Shown: positions 25,801 through 38,699, counted from the first letter of the stretch. The stretch is DNA of 64,000 bases from Eledone cirrhosa (GCA_964016885.1 OZ024743.1:294500001-294564000), one strand, 5' to 3'. Translations and numbers: made by a program. The notes: generated from the letters alone by a model not told the origin.

Positions 25801-28440
25801 CTGGTTACTGGAAGCTGAACGCGTCTTTCCCGGCGCGCAAGGGCTACAGAGACCGGATTAGCGTATTAGTTAAGCGGGCGTTGACGGGAGCGGTCGTCAA
25901 CAACAGGTGGTGTTTCGCCCTGAAAAGGGCAATTAAAGTAGAGTCGATTAGGTTTAGCAAAGGAGTAGTGATAGAGGAAAATAGAGTAGAGGGAGAGCTA
26001 GTCAGAAAGCTAGAAGAGGCGTTTAGGACAGGCATCGCAACCGACGTGCTTGCGGCGAGATTGGCACTCGACCAATTCTTCAACGCAAAACACGAAGGCT
26101 GCGTTGTCAGAGCTAGAGCGCGTGCTCTGAAACACAGGGGACAAAAGCCGTCCAATGGGCCCGGGTGGCAGAGGCGCGACGTGGCAATAAAGCCACAATT
26201 CGGTCTTTGTCTGACCAAAACGGGTGCGTGATGCTCGAACCCGAGCGGATGTGTGAAGCTTTTCAGCACCACTTTGCTGAACTGTTCGGGAGCGGCCGCG
26301 CCCCGGATTGGGGCATGGACTTCAGTGCTTACCTCGACGGTGTGCCTCGGCTCTCTACGACCGCAGCACAGTGTTGCGAAAAGCCAATAACAGCCGGAGA
26401 AATACGGGAAGCGATGGCTAACTGCACAAGAGGCAAATCGCCAGGTTTAGATGGTCTGCCCTACGAGCTTTATGCATTTATGCCAGACTTGTTCGGTGAC
26501 CTCTTGGCAGACGTCTACTGCAACTGGCAGCAGAACGGGAGCAATCCCAGTTTTGTGAGCCGGGGAGCAGTGGAGCTGCTGAGAAAAGACCCGAACAAGG
26601 GGGATGTTATTGATAATTTCAGGCCCATAACCCTGCTAAACGCAGAGTTCAAGATTTTGGCCAAGGTGTTAGCAACGAGGTTGGCGCTTGTCGTCAAGGG
26701 TCTGGTGGGAGAGGCGCAGATATGCGCCATCCCGGACAGATACATACACGACAACCTCCACCTCATGCGATACATCATAGAGAGGGTGGTTAAGGAACCT
26801 GGCAAGGGTGGGGCCCTGAACAATTTGGATCAATCCAAAGCATTCGATAGGGTCGACCATCGGTACCTGGCGGCGGTCCTCGAGGCAGCCGGTTTCGGGC
26901 CCGTTCTCAGGCGTTGGAAAGCAGCAATGTACAGCGACATCTGCTCAGTTGTGAGGGTGAACGGTCACCTGTCGCAGCCGTTCAGCATCATGCGCTCAGT
27001 TCGCCCGGGTTGTCCCCTCTCGTCCCTCTTGTACGTATTGGCTCTCGAGCCGTTACTGCACACACTGGGCGCGATGAGGAGCGTCCCACGCGCACTAGGA
27101 TGCGGGAAATCCGAGTCGGCTTACGCTGACGATGTCACCGTGGTGGTGTCGAGCACCAGACACGTCCAGATGCTTGGCACCGCTCTCAAGGAATACGAAA
27201 CGGTGACAGGAGCAAAGATAAACCAGGAAAAGTCGGTGGGCTTGCAGCTAGGCACCTGGAGAGGCAACTCGATGCCGTCCGACAGCGTCGTGGGGCGTTG
27301 GACGGACGGACCGGTTAAATTGCTCTGGTGCTGCCTTGATGGTGAACAGGTGTGGTCGCCGTTCGCCAGGCACATTTTCCCACAGCTCGTCTCCTTGACG
27401 GAGCTGCAGTCCTGGGTCAGAAAAAGACAGAGGGATAGCGCTTGGAAACTGGAATGTCTCCAGGCGCTCACTGCCCTCTCCCAGTTGGGCACCAGTATCG
27501 GTGGAACATCCACCTCGGCGTTCTATAGAGGACTAGTGGAGGGGAATAGCGACGACGTTCTCGGAGAGATCCTGGGCGTCGAAGAAGATCAGCTGCTTGC
27601 TCTCTTCCGGAGAACTTTCAGCCCGGGGCTTATGGATAACTTCCAAAAATCCCTGGCCTGGCAGTGCTACCGGGGAGCGCTGCCGGTTCGAGATAAGCTC
27701 TACAGGCACGGAAGTGCCGTCAGCCGAGCCTGTCCGTGATGCGCGCATAGCGACGAAACCATTGTGCACGCACTCGTTCAGTGCCCGAGCATTGCAGACT
27801 TGTGGAGCTATGTCGAACAGTTGCTGTCACGTGTGGGACTGATCCGGTTGTCGACTGAGTCCATTGTGCAGATGGTCTCCTCGCCGTCTTCCTTTGAGGA
27901 GGAAGGGTAGGCGATTTTCATCTGCCTGGTGGCCATGGCGAAAGAGATTGTGTCGTGGACAAGGTTAAAAGGATTAAAGACAAACACTTTCCTCTTCGGC
28001 GAATCCCTGATTAACTTTTTCAAGTTTCACTTGAAGAGGAAAATCAGGGTGGAGTGGCAAGTGCAGCTCTCTAGTAAGTTTGTTGAAAGGTGGGTGAATG
28101 TAGCGAGAATGGTCCGAGTGAACGGGACCACTCTGAATATACGTCTGTAGTTTGAGAGATGGAAAAATTGAGAGGGGGCGCTTGCCCTGGTAGTCGGGGT
28201 GGCCGTAGTCTTTTGTGTGGTTTTCGCCACGAGTAACCCTCGGAGGTTTCCCCCCTATTGGGGAATTTTTCATTGTTTCATTTTAATTTTATTGTTTATA
28301 TATATATATATGTTTTATGTCTTTTTTCTTTTCTTATATAAATAGTAAAAATATTTACACGCACAAAACCCACATCGTACCGTCCTGTTCCGTCTGTGAT
28401 GTTTTTCTTGATGTCAGCCCTTGTGGCCAATAAAGAAATC
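22830..28440 (+). mobile_element. L1/Tx1-clade LINE copy D, complete ends, internal deletion near 27325
   Basis: ORF1 23043-25039 (poly-N, CYLCGSKGHLRA), ORF2 25072-28150, 3' end CCCTTGTGGCCAATAAAGAAATC then (ATT)9. Confidence 0.92.
25072..28150 (+). pseudogene. Tx1-D ORF2 (APE-RT-zinc finger)
   Basis: MAELRIGSINSRGL, VGDWN, YTDH, KSPGLDGL, AYADD, ALPVRDKL. Confidence 0.9.
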
Positions 28441-28467
28441 ATTATTATTATTATTATTATTATTATT
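28441..28467 (+). repeat. (ATT)9 junction microsatellite
   Basis: Perfect tract between D and E. Confidence 0.98.
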
Positions 28468-31400
28468 GAATGCTATGGTTGACGGAGGCTCGGCTCTGTA
28501 AGGTATTGTAAAATTTGACCGCTATAACAATTGTAAATTGTTTAAAACTTTAACTAACTTGTAGACAAAAACACCCTCCTCCTCGTGAGAGGGGTCTTTC
28601 TGCCCGTTATTTGGCCCTTCGGGGTCAAATAATCGCTTATTTGGGTTTGTGCCCAATATTTATTTTAAACCAAAAAAACAACATGGCTACGAAAAAGAAT
28701 TTTCATAGATCACTCCCACTCATTCCCTCTTCTTCTTCCTCAATCGTCCCTACATCAGAGATAAGATTGTCTCTCTCCCTCCCTTCTCTAAATGTGTCTA
28801 TCTCCCTCCCTTCTCTTTCGCAAGCGCCGCCAGAAAAGAAAAATCACGTGCAAAGCGTGCAAGATTTCTCCACGACGACGACGACAACGAGGAAAAAGGT
28901 GTGCGGGAAATACGAAAACCCATTTCATTCGTCTGACGTCAGGAATAATAGCAGTAGCAGCCGTAATAACAGCAGCAGCAGCAACAGTGACAAGGAAAAC
29001 AACAGTAGCAGCTGCAACAGCATCAGCAGCAGCATAAACAACAACAGCATTAGCAACAACAGCAACAGCAGCAACAACAACAACCACAACAACAGCGGCG
29101 GCGGCAGTAGTCGTAGTAGCTGCAGCAACAACAAAAGTTACAGCAGCTCTGACGACAACAACAACAACAACAGAAGCAAAGAAAAACCAATCTCATTTGC
29201 AGGTATCGCAAGGAACCTGGAAACCATCCTCATAACAAATGAGGAATTAGAGGAAGCGAAGAAGATGGTAACAAAAACTGGACACCGAGCAATCTGCAAG
29301 GCAGCCGAAAAATGTTTCGAAACCCAACAGCACTGTACGGTCACGTACTGTACAGTAAGTACAAAATCCCGTAGGGTTGAAAGAGCCACAGAGGCTCAAA
29401 TACAAAAAGCCTTGGGGTCTGTGTGGCAGCGGAAAACGCACATCACCCGAGGCAAGAAATATGCCACCGTAGACGTACATTTTGCCACACCACAGGAGGC
29501 AAAGGCTCAATCCTTAGTGACCCTAAGGAGCGAGGAAATGGTGTTGGTGCCCTCCTACTGCGGGCAAAAAATTGTGCGGGTTAAACTGACCCACGTCTCC
29601 CCCCCCCCCGGGATGGCCCCTTCTTGGCTGGCCGCGTCTGTCCTCGTCGGAATCGAGGACAAAACAACTGTACTGCAAGTACAGAAAAAAGTAAGAGAAG
29701 ATTGGGTCGGCACCTCCATTGAGATGTTAATCCAAACCAACCAGGAGTGCATCGAAGCTATCCCGGATGTGATAGACTTCGATAACGGCACTCAACTGCC
29801 GATAAGTGTTGAGGGCAAACGCCCGAAATGCTTTCGCTGTGGATCGAAGACTCACCTCAGGGCCTTCTACAACGAGAAGACCCTGAGAAAGGAGAAAACC
29901 CCCCTCCTTCAGAAACCTGCTCCACGACTACCAGCAACAGGACAAGCGGCAACCAGGAACGATAGGTCCGTGGCACCCATACCCACGTCACGGAAATCAA
30001 AAACAGCAGCAGCAGTGGAAGTATTAACAACAACAACAGCAATACCAAATGCAGCTGCAACAGAGACTCCAGTGCAAACATCACCAACAACAACAAGTGA
30101 AAGAGTGGAGCTGGTACCCCTCCCTACCTCACAGAATCAGACATGGAGTGTGATGTGGGAGAGGGATGGCAAAATGTCGTAAGAAGGCACAAACGCAGAA
30201 GCAGCTCATCGTCGCCTTCGAAAAGAGAGGAAAGAAATGAAAAAAGGGTAAAGGCTACTGCAAAGAGACTCACAGCAGCAACACCACCAACACCATCACC
30301 ACCCACACAAGCACCACCATCACCACCGGCGACAACCCCACCGCCAACAACAAAAACACCATCAACACCACCACCACAAGCACCAACATCGCAAACACAA
30401 CTACAAAACACACACACCCAGCAACAACGACAAGAAAATAGCAGAACCACACGCCACCCCCAGAAAAACAAATGCACGGCAATAAATACACACAACAAGA
30501 AACTAATGACTTACATAATTGAACACACAGACATTTCACAACACGACTACATAATACCAGCACCAATCAAAACGCCAACTAACATAAGACTGCTAAAAAT
30601 AGCACAGAAACAATACACAAACATTAAAACGAAATTCCCCAACACGGTTGGCGATTTCAGAGACCTAGGAGGGACTATCAACCGAAGAGTATATTCGGAC
30701 ATACTCATAGAAGAGCCGACGACCAGCCGAAGGGACGATTCAACGGTCCCTTCACCAGACGATCATGTGAAAAGGGATGGAAAAACCATCCTTCCTCTAC
30801 GAAAAGTACGGTAAGTGGTCTTTCCCATCTTTTCCACTCTATTTTAAACATGACCTCACTCAGAATAGGCAGCATAAATGCGCGTGGCTTGGGGTCATCA
30901 TGGAAGCAGTGTCATCTGCTCAACGACCTCAGGTCACTAAACATAGATGTAGTGGCCATCAGCGAGACCAGAATCTCCGAAGCACGGGCCTTCGCACCGA
31001 TCTTCGGCGGCTATGATGTGTACGCATCTCCCAGCCGTCCCGGATCGGGAGGAGGATTTGCTGTGCTTTTTCGGAGAGGTTTGGATCTCGCCATACGGGC
31101 CATCTTCCTGGACCCAGAGGGTAAGTTGGTGGTGCTGAACGTGACCAGCGGAGACGGGCAAGCTTTCAGGCTAGTGGCCGTCTATGCCCCGACAGGAGCA
31201 GGGCGGCCTGATTTCTTCCGGCGTCTGGAGACCTTTCTTAGAACGTCCCGCTCTTTAGTGTTAGTGGGCGACTGGAACGGGATCTTAGATGCACGCTGGG
31301 ACTGTGTGGGATTAGCGGATAGGGGTAGATGGTGCAAGAGCCTCGCCAACCTGCTCAGGCGTTTTGAACTGTCTGACAGGCACCGATTGGATTTCCCGAA

Positions 31401-34400
31401 TGTGCCAATGTGGACTTGAACAAATCGCATAGGGTCATCCAGATCATATCTAGATAGTATATATTGTAGGGAAATAGATAGGTCTAGCATAGGCTGTCCA
31501 CAATTCAAGATAGTGAGCTACACGGACCACAAATTCGTGATCTGTGTGCTTGACTTAGATAGGCTTCATAGACGAGGACTCGACTACTGGAAGCTAAACG
31601 CGTCCTTACCAGCGCGCAAGGCCTACAGAGACCGGGTTAGCGAACTAATTAAGCGGGCGTTGACGGGGGCCATCGTCAACAACAAGTGGTGGTTTGCTCT
31701 GAAAAGAGCGATTAGAATAGAATCGATTAGGATTAGTAAGTCTTTAGCAATAGAGAAAAATAGAGCAGAGGGAGAACTAGTTAGAAAATTAGACGAGGCG
31801 CTTAGCAAAGGCATTGCGACCGACGTGCTTGCGGCGAAATTGGCCCTTGACCAATTCTTCAATGCAAAGCACGAAGGCTGCGTTGTCAGAGCTAGGGTGC
31901 GTGCTCTCAGACACGAGGAGACGAAAGCCGTTCAATGGGCCCGAGTGGCGGAGGCGCGTCGTGGCAACAAAGCCACGATCCGGTCTTTGGTGGACCACGA
32001 CGGGCGCATGCTACTCGATCCCGGGCAAATGTGAGAAGCTTTTTAGCGACACTTCGCTCAGCTGTTCGGGGGCAGCGGTGGGCCGTGTCGAAGGATGGAC
32101 TTTAGTGTCTACCTCGACGGACTGCCGCGGCTCTCGGCCACTGAGGCGGAGTGTTGCGAAAAGCCGATAAAGGCCGCTGAAGTAAGGGAGGCAATGACTG
32201 GCTGCACAAGGGGTAAATCGCCTGGTTTGGATGGTCTGCCCTATGAACTTTACGTACAGATGCCAGACTTGTCGGAGGTCTATTGGCGGACGACTACTGC
32301 AACTGGCAACAGAACGGGAGAATTCCCAGTTCTGTGAGCCGAGGAGCGGTGGCACTGCTGAGAAAGGATCCGAACAAGGGGGATAACATAGATAATTTCA
32401 GGCCCATAACTCAAGATTTTGGCCAGGGTGCTAGCAAAGACGTTGGCGCTTGTCGTTGGTGGTCTGGTGGGAGAGGCGCTGATATGCGCCATTCCCGACA
32501 GATCCATCCACGACAACCTCCACCTCATGCGATACATCGTAGAGAGGGTAGCTAGGGAACCAGGCACGGGTGGGTCCTTGATCAATTTAGATCAGTCGAA
32601 AGCTTTCGATAGGGTCAACCATCGTTACCTAGCGGCAGTCCTGAGGGCGGCTGGCTTTGGGCCCGTCTTCAGAGGCTGAATCGCTGCCATGCACAGTGAC
32701 ATCTGCTCTGTGGTGAGAGTGAACGGTCACCTTTCGGAACCGTTCAACATCATGCGGTCGGTCCGCCAAGGATGTCCCCTCTCGTCCCTCTTGTACGTAT
32801 TGACTCTCGAGCCAGTACTGCACAAACTGGAGACGTTGAGGGGCGTCCCGCGCGAACTAGAATGCGGAAGTTCCATGTCAGCATATGCGGACGATGTCAC
32901 CGTAGTGGTGTCGAACGCCAAACACATCGAGGCGATCGGCAAAACACTAAAAGAATACGAAGCGGTGACAGGAGCAATGATCAACCAGTAAAAGTCAGTG
33001 GGCCTGCAGCTCGGCACCTGGAGAGGTAGCTCCATGCCGTCCAACAGCGTCGTCGGACGCTGGACGGACGGACCGGTTAAATTTCTAGGGGTCTGGTTCG
33101 GACCAGACCTCCAGACGGACAAAAACTGGGACGAGGTGACGAGCAGGGTGGCTTCTCTCACACAGAAATGGGCGGAGAGGAAGATATCCCTGAAAGGGCG
33201 AGCCGAGGTGGGCTAACGCGTACATCGCGTCTGTCATCTGCTACCGCCTGACCGTCGTACCTTGTCCTAAGCCCCGCCTGACTGCGCTGGAGCGTTTGCT
33301 CTTTCGCTTTATGTGGAAGAGCCGCGCTCCGATGGTCAGGCGGTCCATCTGCTGTCAACACTCGCTACGTGGAGGGCTGGGAATGCCGTGGCTGATGATG
33401 CGCAGACACGCGCTCATGCTACGACATCTCGACCTCTTCCTCGACGGTGATCAGGTGTGGTCGCCGTTTACTAGACACGTATTTCCCCAGCTCGTTTCCT
33501 TGACGGAGCTGCAGTCCTGGGTCAAGCGAAGACCGAGAGGGAGCGCCTGGAGACTGCAATGTCTTCAGGCGCTCACAGCCCTCGACCAATCGGGCAATGT
33601 GATCGGTGGAAACTCCACCTCGGCGTTCTACAGAGGATTAGTGGAGGGGAAGAGCGACGACGTACTTGGGGAAACTCTAGGCGTCGACGAAAATCAACTA
33701 GCCAATCTCTTCAGAAGATCTTTCGGGCCGGGACCTATGGACAATTTCCAGAAATCTCTGGCCTCGCAGTGCTACCGAGGAGCCTTGCCAGTTCGGGATA
33801 AACTCTATAGGCATGGAGGTGCCGTCAGCCGGGCATGTCCGAGATGCGCGCAGGGCGACAAAACAGTCCTGCACGCACTCGTCCAGTGTCCGAAAATTGC
33901 TGACTTGTTTATGTCGAACACCTTCTGTCGCGTGTAGGACGGATCCGGCTATCATCTGAGTCCATCGTGAGGATTGCCCCGCCCTCTTCCTTTAGCCGGG
34001 AAGGGCAGGCAGTTTTTATCTGTCATGTGGCTATGGCGAAAGAGATAGTATGGTGGACACCTTTGAAAGGACTGAAGACGAGCACTTATCTCTTCGGTGA
34101 TGCCCTGATTGACTTTTTCAAATTTCATTTGAAAAGGAAAATCAGAGTAGAGAGGGAAGTGCTCTCTTCCCAGCCTTTTGGTGAAAGATGGGTGAGAGAA
34201 GCAAGAATGGCCCGAGTGAATGGGCCTACTCTGAGTACGTATCTGTAAATTAAAGGTGGAAAACTGGGAAAGGGCACTTGCCTTGGTGGTCAGAGTCACT
34301 GTGGCCTTTTACTGGGCTTTCTCCACAAATGTCCCTCCGAAGTCTCCCCCCTATTGGGAAATTTTTCATTGTTATTTTTTTGTTACATCCTCTGTTTTTG

Positions 34401-34499
34401 TTTTTTACACGCAGAAATGCCCATTTGTACCGTCCTGTATTATCCTGCACTGTCCTTAATGTCTAGTTTATGTAAACCCTTGTGGTTAATAAAGAAATC
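28468..34499 (+). mobile_element. L1/Tx1-clade LINE copy E, full length, decayed
   Basis: ORF1 28683-30814 (N/S-rich, CFRCGSKTHLRA), ORF2 30850-34248, 3' UTR near-identical to A. Confidence 0.92.
30850..34248 (+). pseudogene. Tx1-E ORF2 (APE-RT-zinc finger)
   Basis: MTSLRIGSINARGL, VGDWN, AYADD, CPRC..TVLHALVQC. Confidence 0.9.
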
Positions 34500-34531
34500 A
34501 TTATTATTATTATTATTATTATTATTAGTAT

Positions 34532-34576
<45 letters not shown>

Positions 34577-34581
34577 TAGTG
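34500..34581 (+). repeat. (ATT)n grading into (AGT)n; right edge of the nest
   Basis: Direct reading of the sequence. Confidence 0.95.
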
Positions 34582-35009
34582 TTTGATGTTGTTATATTTT
34601 TGTTTCTGATCTTTTGTTGAAAGACAGTTGAAAAAAACAAGAGAGAAAAAGCCTAACAGTATCTTATCGCGTCAATTTACATACGCAGCTAAAATCACTC
34701 TGAGGCGAACATTACCTTTCCTCTCCCTGGCCTCCATGAAATTTTTGGCTGACAACTACACGGTCTATTAAAATCGATTATACCATTCACCTCAAATTCC
34801 GGATCTTTTTATTCTCAATGAGATAGAAGAATCTGTAGAGGTGCAAGACAGAAAGGTTTTGTAATGTTACTTAAAAATGTATGTTACGCCCTGCATTCCA
34901 ATTTCGGCTGCCCTAATTTTGATTTTCGTGTATATTGTCTTCAGTTGGATATAACGTAAGTACCAGTTACATACTAAACATGTGTAGCCACGTTGTGAAT
35001 AATAAAACT

Positions 35010-35460
35010 TGGATTAGGAGAATCGTTAGTGCATTGGTCAAATTGGCATATGTGATTTGTTTCGGCTTCTTAACCCTTTGACTTCAATACATAATGTATT
35101 CAACTTTGCCGTCCATCCTGCCAAGGGGGATAAGATAAATTAGTTGTCGAGTACTGGGTGCAATTTAATCGAGTTCCCTCCTTTAAAATTGTCAAAAATT
35201 AGAATAATGTATTATTATCAATGTTTTATTAACAAGCTTGTGGATCAGCAGGATCATTAATACGTCGGATAAATGTTTTGCAATATTTGTTCTGTTTTTA
35301 CTCGTTTACACCCAGTCGCAGTAAACATTGCCCTGCATCATTCTGGTGTTAAAATAAGGTACAATCCATTTACTGGGGCTCATTTATTCCCGTTCACCTT
35401 CTAAAGAGATGTGTTGGTCATGTGACCAAATATGGATCTCAAAATTTTATTTCAAGGATG
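35010..35460 (+). mobile_element. Two old, degenerate SINE copies
   Basis: CAACTTTGCC..CATCC, GTACTGGG, ATTATT tails matching the window's SINE family. Confidence 0.5.
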
Positions 35461-36289
35461 CTGGATTGACCGAAAAATTAAAAAGCCGGGGAAATGACTT
35501 GTGGTACTTTTTTTTTACTTTTTTAAAAATCTGAAATCAAATTCCTCCAAAACCAACGTTGCTTTTCTCTTCGTTTTGATAAATAGAGTCCAAGTGAAAT
35601 ACTGAGATTGAAACAAGTATTCCCTGACACGAAATTGCTGGCATTGACCTAAATATGAAAGCATTGCTAATGTTTCATTATTCTGTACACTATTTATGTT
35701 ACAATGGTAAGGGCAATATATCAAATAGAGGTCACCATCATCAATTCAATGTTTTAAGGGAAAATAGTACTAGTAGACTTTGATTGATAACTAATTAATC
35801 CATTCCATAACACTAGCTATTTATTCCTTTATGGTCATAATGTTCAGATTGCTGCTGTCTTCTAGTAGCATATCTTTCTCTACAATGCAGAGTATATTAT
35901 CTGGCTGAAAATAGGTATCGTATATGCATGCATTCATAGATACATACATACACTCATTCATATCTACATACATGCATACATATATGCATACATGCATAGA
36001 CATAAATATGTACGTATGTATATAGGTAGGTAGGTATGTATAGACATCAATATGATGATCAAAATATTTATAAGCATCTCTCTACACTTTACTTAGACAT
36101 ATATATATATATATAGAGAGAGAGAGAGCGAGAGAGACAGAGAAAGATATAGGTACATAGGTAGACAAATAGATATACAGTTAAATAGATATGGGTTATG
36201 GGGTTCAAGCAGCTGTCACAAGCATCGTGTTACATAGATGGAGAATGAAACCCATTATCCAACTTGTCTATTTGCAAAATTGCTAACGG

Positions 36290-36330
<41 letters not shown>

Positions 36331-36763
36331 CGTGTGCGATGTGCGAACGCGGGCGCGTATGTGTATGTGTGTGTGTGTGTTTATTTATATTTTATATATC
36401 TATACATTTATATATACATGCACGCTCACAATATTTGACTATTTCCTGAGATTGGAAAACAATCACAAAATGTATTAACCTATATTGTAGCTGTCATTTA
36501 GTTCGCCGGTTGCGTATGTTGTCTTTTTTTTTCGTCCATGCCACCACTCAAAAAGCTGAAACAAGAACTGTATTGTTCATTGGAATAACAGAATGCCAAA
36601 AATAATATCAACATAACAGAAAAATAAGGCAAAAATATGTATTCCTAGGTTTCGTCTCGTTTTACTGAGTGTAGAGTATTTCATGTGTTTTAGAATATTC
36701 ATGGCAGTAACGAAGACTTCATTGTTATGCGAATAAAATTTCAAATGTATCATTTGACACACC

Positions 36764-36853
<90 letters not shown>

Positions 36854-36855
<2 letters not shown>

Positions 36856-37508
36856 AAAGTATATATTGAGTTAGAAACTCAAAATAGTCACAATAAAATA
36901 GCTCTAGGAAAGAGATTTTTCCGAGCCCTATATTATAATTGAATATAAAAGAAAAACAAACACAGATATATACATATATGTGTTTAAATCATAAGGGACC
37001 AGATTCGCTAAGATGAAAAGAATACTAACTATAGACAATAGGATTTGCCAGACTCAATTTAAGAATCAATCAAGAAATTAAATACAAACCGGAATTGTGG
37101 TAACTACCAATCACCCAGACAGCTTTGGTAATGCTGTTTCGCAAAATTAATTGTGAAGAGGAATACCAATTCTTGCTCATCAGTGGGTGAAGAATTAGTA
37201 TCCTGGACACTTCCAAGTATATTAAAAAACTGAATAGTGTGCGAATATATAATAACGCACATGGTATCTGAACTTAGCGTGACTCAGAAACTTACACCAC
37301 TAAAAATAGCAGCCAGGTTTACTCTATATCTGAATTAGCTCACAAATTATCGGAGCCGAATATAACAAAAGTATATATTGAGTTAGAAACTCAAAATAGT
37401 CTCTTACAATAAAATAGATCAAGGAAAAAGATTTTTCCGAGCCATATATTATAATTGAATATAAAAGTAAAACGAACACAAATATATGTGTTCAAATCGT
37501 AAGGGACC
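36854..37508 (-). mobile_element. Non-coding ~512-nt hammerhead-containing unit, ~1.3 tandem copies (retrozyme-like or PLE pLTR-derived)
   Basis: CAAAAGTATATATTGAGTTAGAAAC occurs at both 36854 and 37366; one hammerhead per unit; starts at (TA)n. Confidence 0.75.
37111..37190 (-). ncRNA. Type I hammerhead ribozyme, intact
   Basis: Minus strand: UCACCCA CUGAUGA GCAAGAAUU...AAUUUUGC GAAA CAGC-AUUACCAAA-GCUG UC UGGGUGA; all three stems pair; GUC cleavage between 37118 and 37117. Confidence 0.9.
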
Positions 37509-38006
37509 ATATATGTATATATGTGTTCGTTTTTCTTTTATATTCAATTATAATATACGAATCGGAAAAATCTCTTTCCTAGAGCTATTTTATTGTAAGA
37601 GACTATTTTCAGTTTCTAACTCAATATATAACTTTGATATATTCGGCTCCGTTAAGTTATTGAGCTAATTCAAATGTCGAGTAAATCTGGCTACTATTTT
37701 TAGTGGTGTGAGTTTGTGAGACACGCTAAGTTCAGATACCATGTGCGTTATTATATATTCGCACACTATTCAGTTTTTTAATATACTTAGAAGTGTCCAG
37801 GATACTAATTCTTCACCCACTGATGAATAAGAATTGGTATTCCTCTTCACAATAAATTTTGCGAAACAGCATTACCAAAGCTGTCTGGGTGATTGGTAGT
37901 TACCACAATTCCGGTTTGTATTTAATTTCTTGATTTATTCTTAAATTGAGTCTGGCAAACCCTATTGTCTATAGTTAGTATTCTTTTCACCTTAGCGAAT
38001 CTGGTC
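37509..38006 (+). mobile_element. Inverted copy of the ~512-nt hammerhead unit
   Basis: Reverse complement of the 36854-37508 sequence, circularly permuted. Confidence 0.75.
37813..37892 (+). ncRNA. Type I hammerhead ribozyme with stem II closing pairs mutated
   Basis: TCACCCA CTGATGA atAAGAATT...TTTTGC GAAA CAGC..GCTG TC TGGGTGA. Confidence 0.75.
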
Positions 38007-38046
38007 ATTTTCAAAACATATATTATTATTTTCTTTTATATTCAAT

Positions 38047-38104
<58 letters not shown>

Positions 38105-38148
38105 ATTGAATATAAAAGAAAATAATAATATATGTTTTGAAAGTGACC

Positions 38149-38699
38149 ACAAGGGTAAATTAGAGAACATAGAAATAAAAATAGAATCTACACACAGAAA
38201 AGACGCAATGTTTAGACAAATTACAGAGGCAATAAACATAAAAGAATTACAACCAAAATTAAATAGAAAATATGAGTGGAACAGCAACATCACAACTTAC
38301 AATTAAGGACAAAATGAAAACACACACACACATAGTACAAACAACCAACCAGTAACATGTAAATAAACAAATAAATAAATGAACATAAACACACACAGAC
38401 ACCCGGATGTGGCGCATGCGCAGACTGAGCACACAACACACACACAGAAACAAAATGGCGTAGGACAGAACAAAGGAGAGGCACAGAAACAAAGAAAGGA
38501 ATCCCCAGTCACTGAAGAGGTCACATAGTGTGTGACGAAAGAACTATGACTATATATAAACAACTATCTGGTTGTGGAACCAACCAACCAACCAGAAATT
38601 TATAAATTTATAAATTTATTATAAATTTATTATAATAAATTGAAGTGAAAGCAACTGGTGCGTGTGTTTCTTATTAGCAACATGACCCTCCCAAAGTAT

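Noticed and set aside
9135-34299. Recurrent antisense ORFs (MKNWSRANFAA.., MTLTTRAS.., MIKDPPVPG..) in several Tx1 copies
   Set aside because: Their recurrence follows from conservation of the GC-rich sense ORF2; they are short and have no independent motifs
6499-34526. Repeat-spacer organisation as CRISPR-like or telomeric
   Set aside because: The repeats are simple ATT tracts and the spacers are whole LINEs; there are no cas genes and no TTAGGG-type arrays
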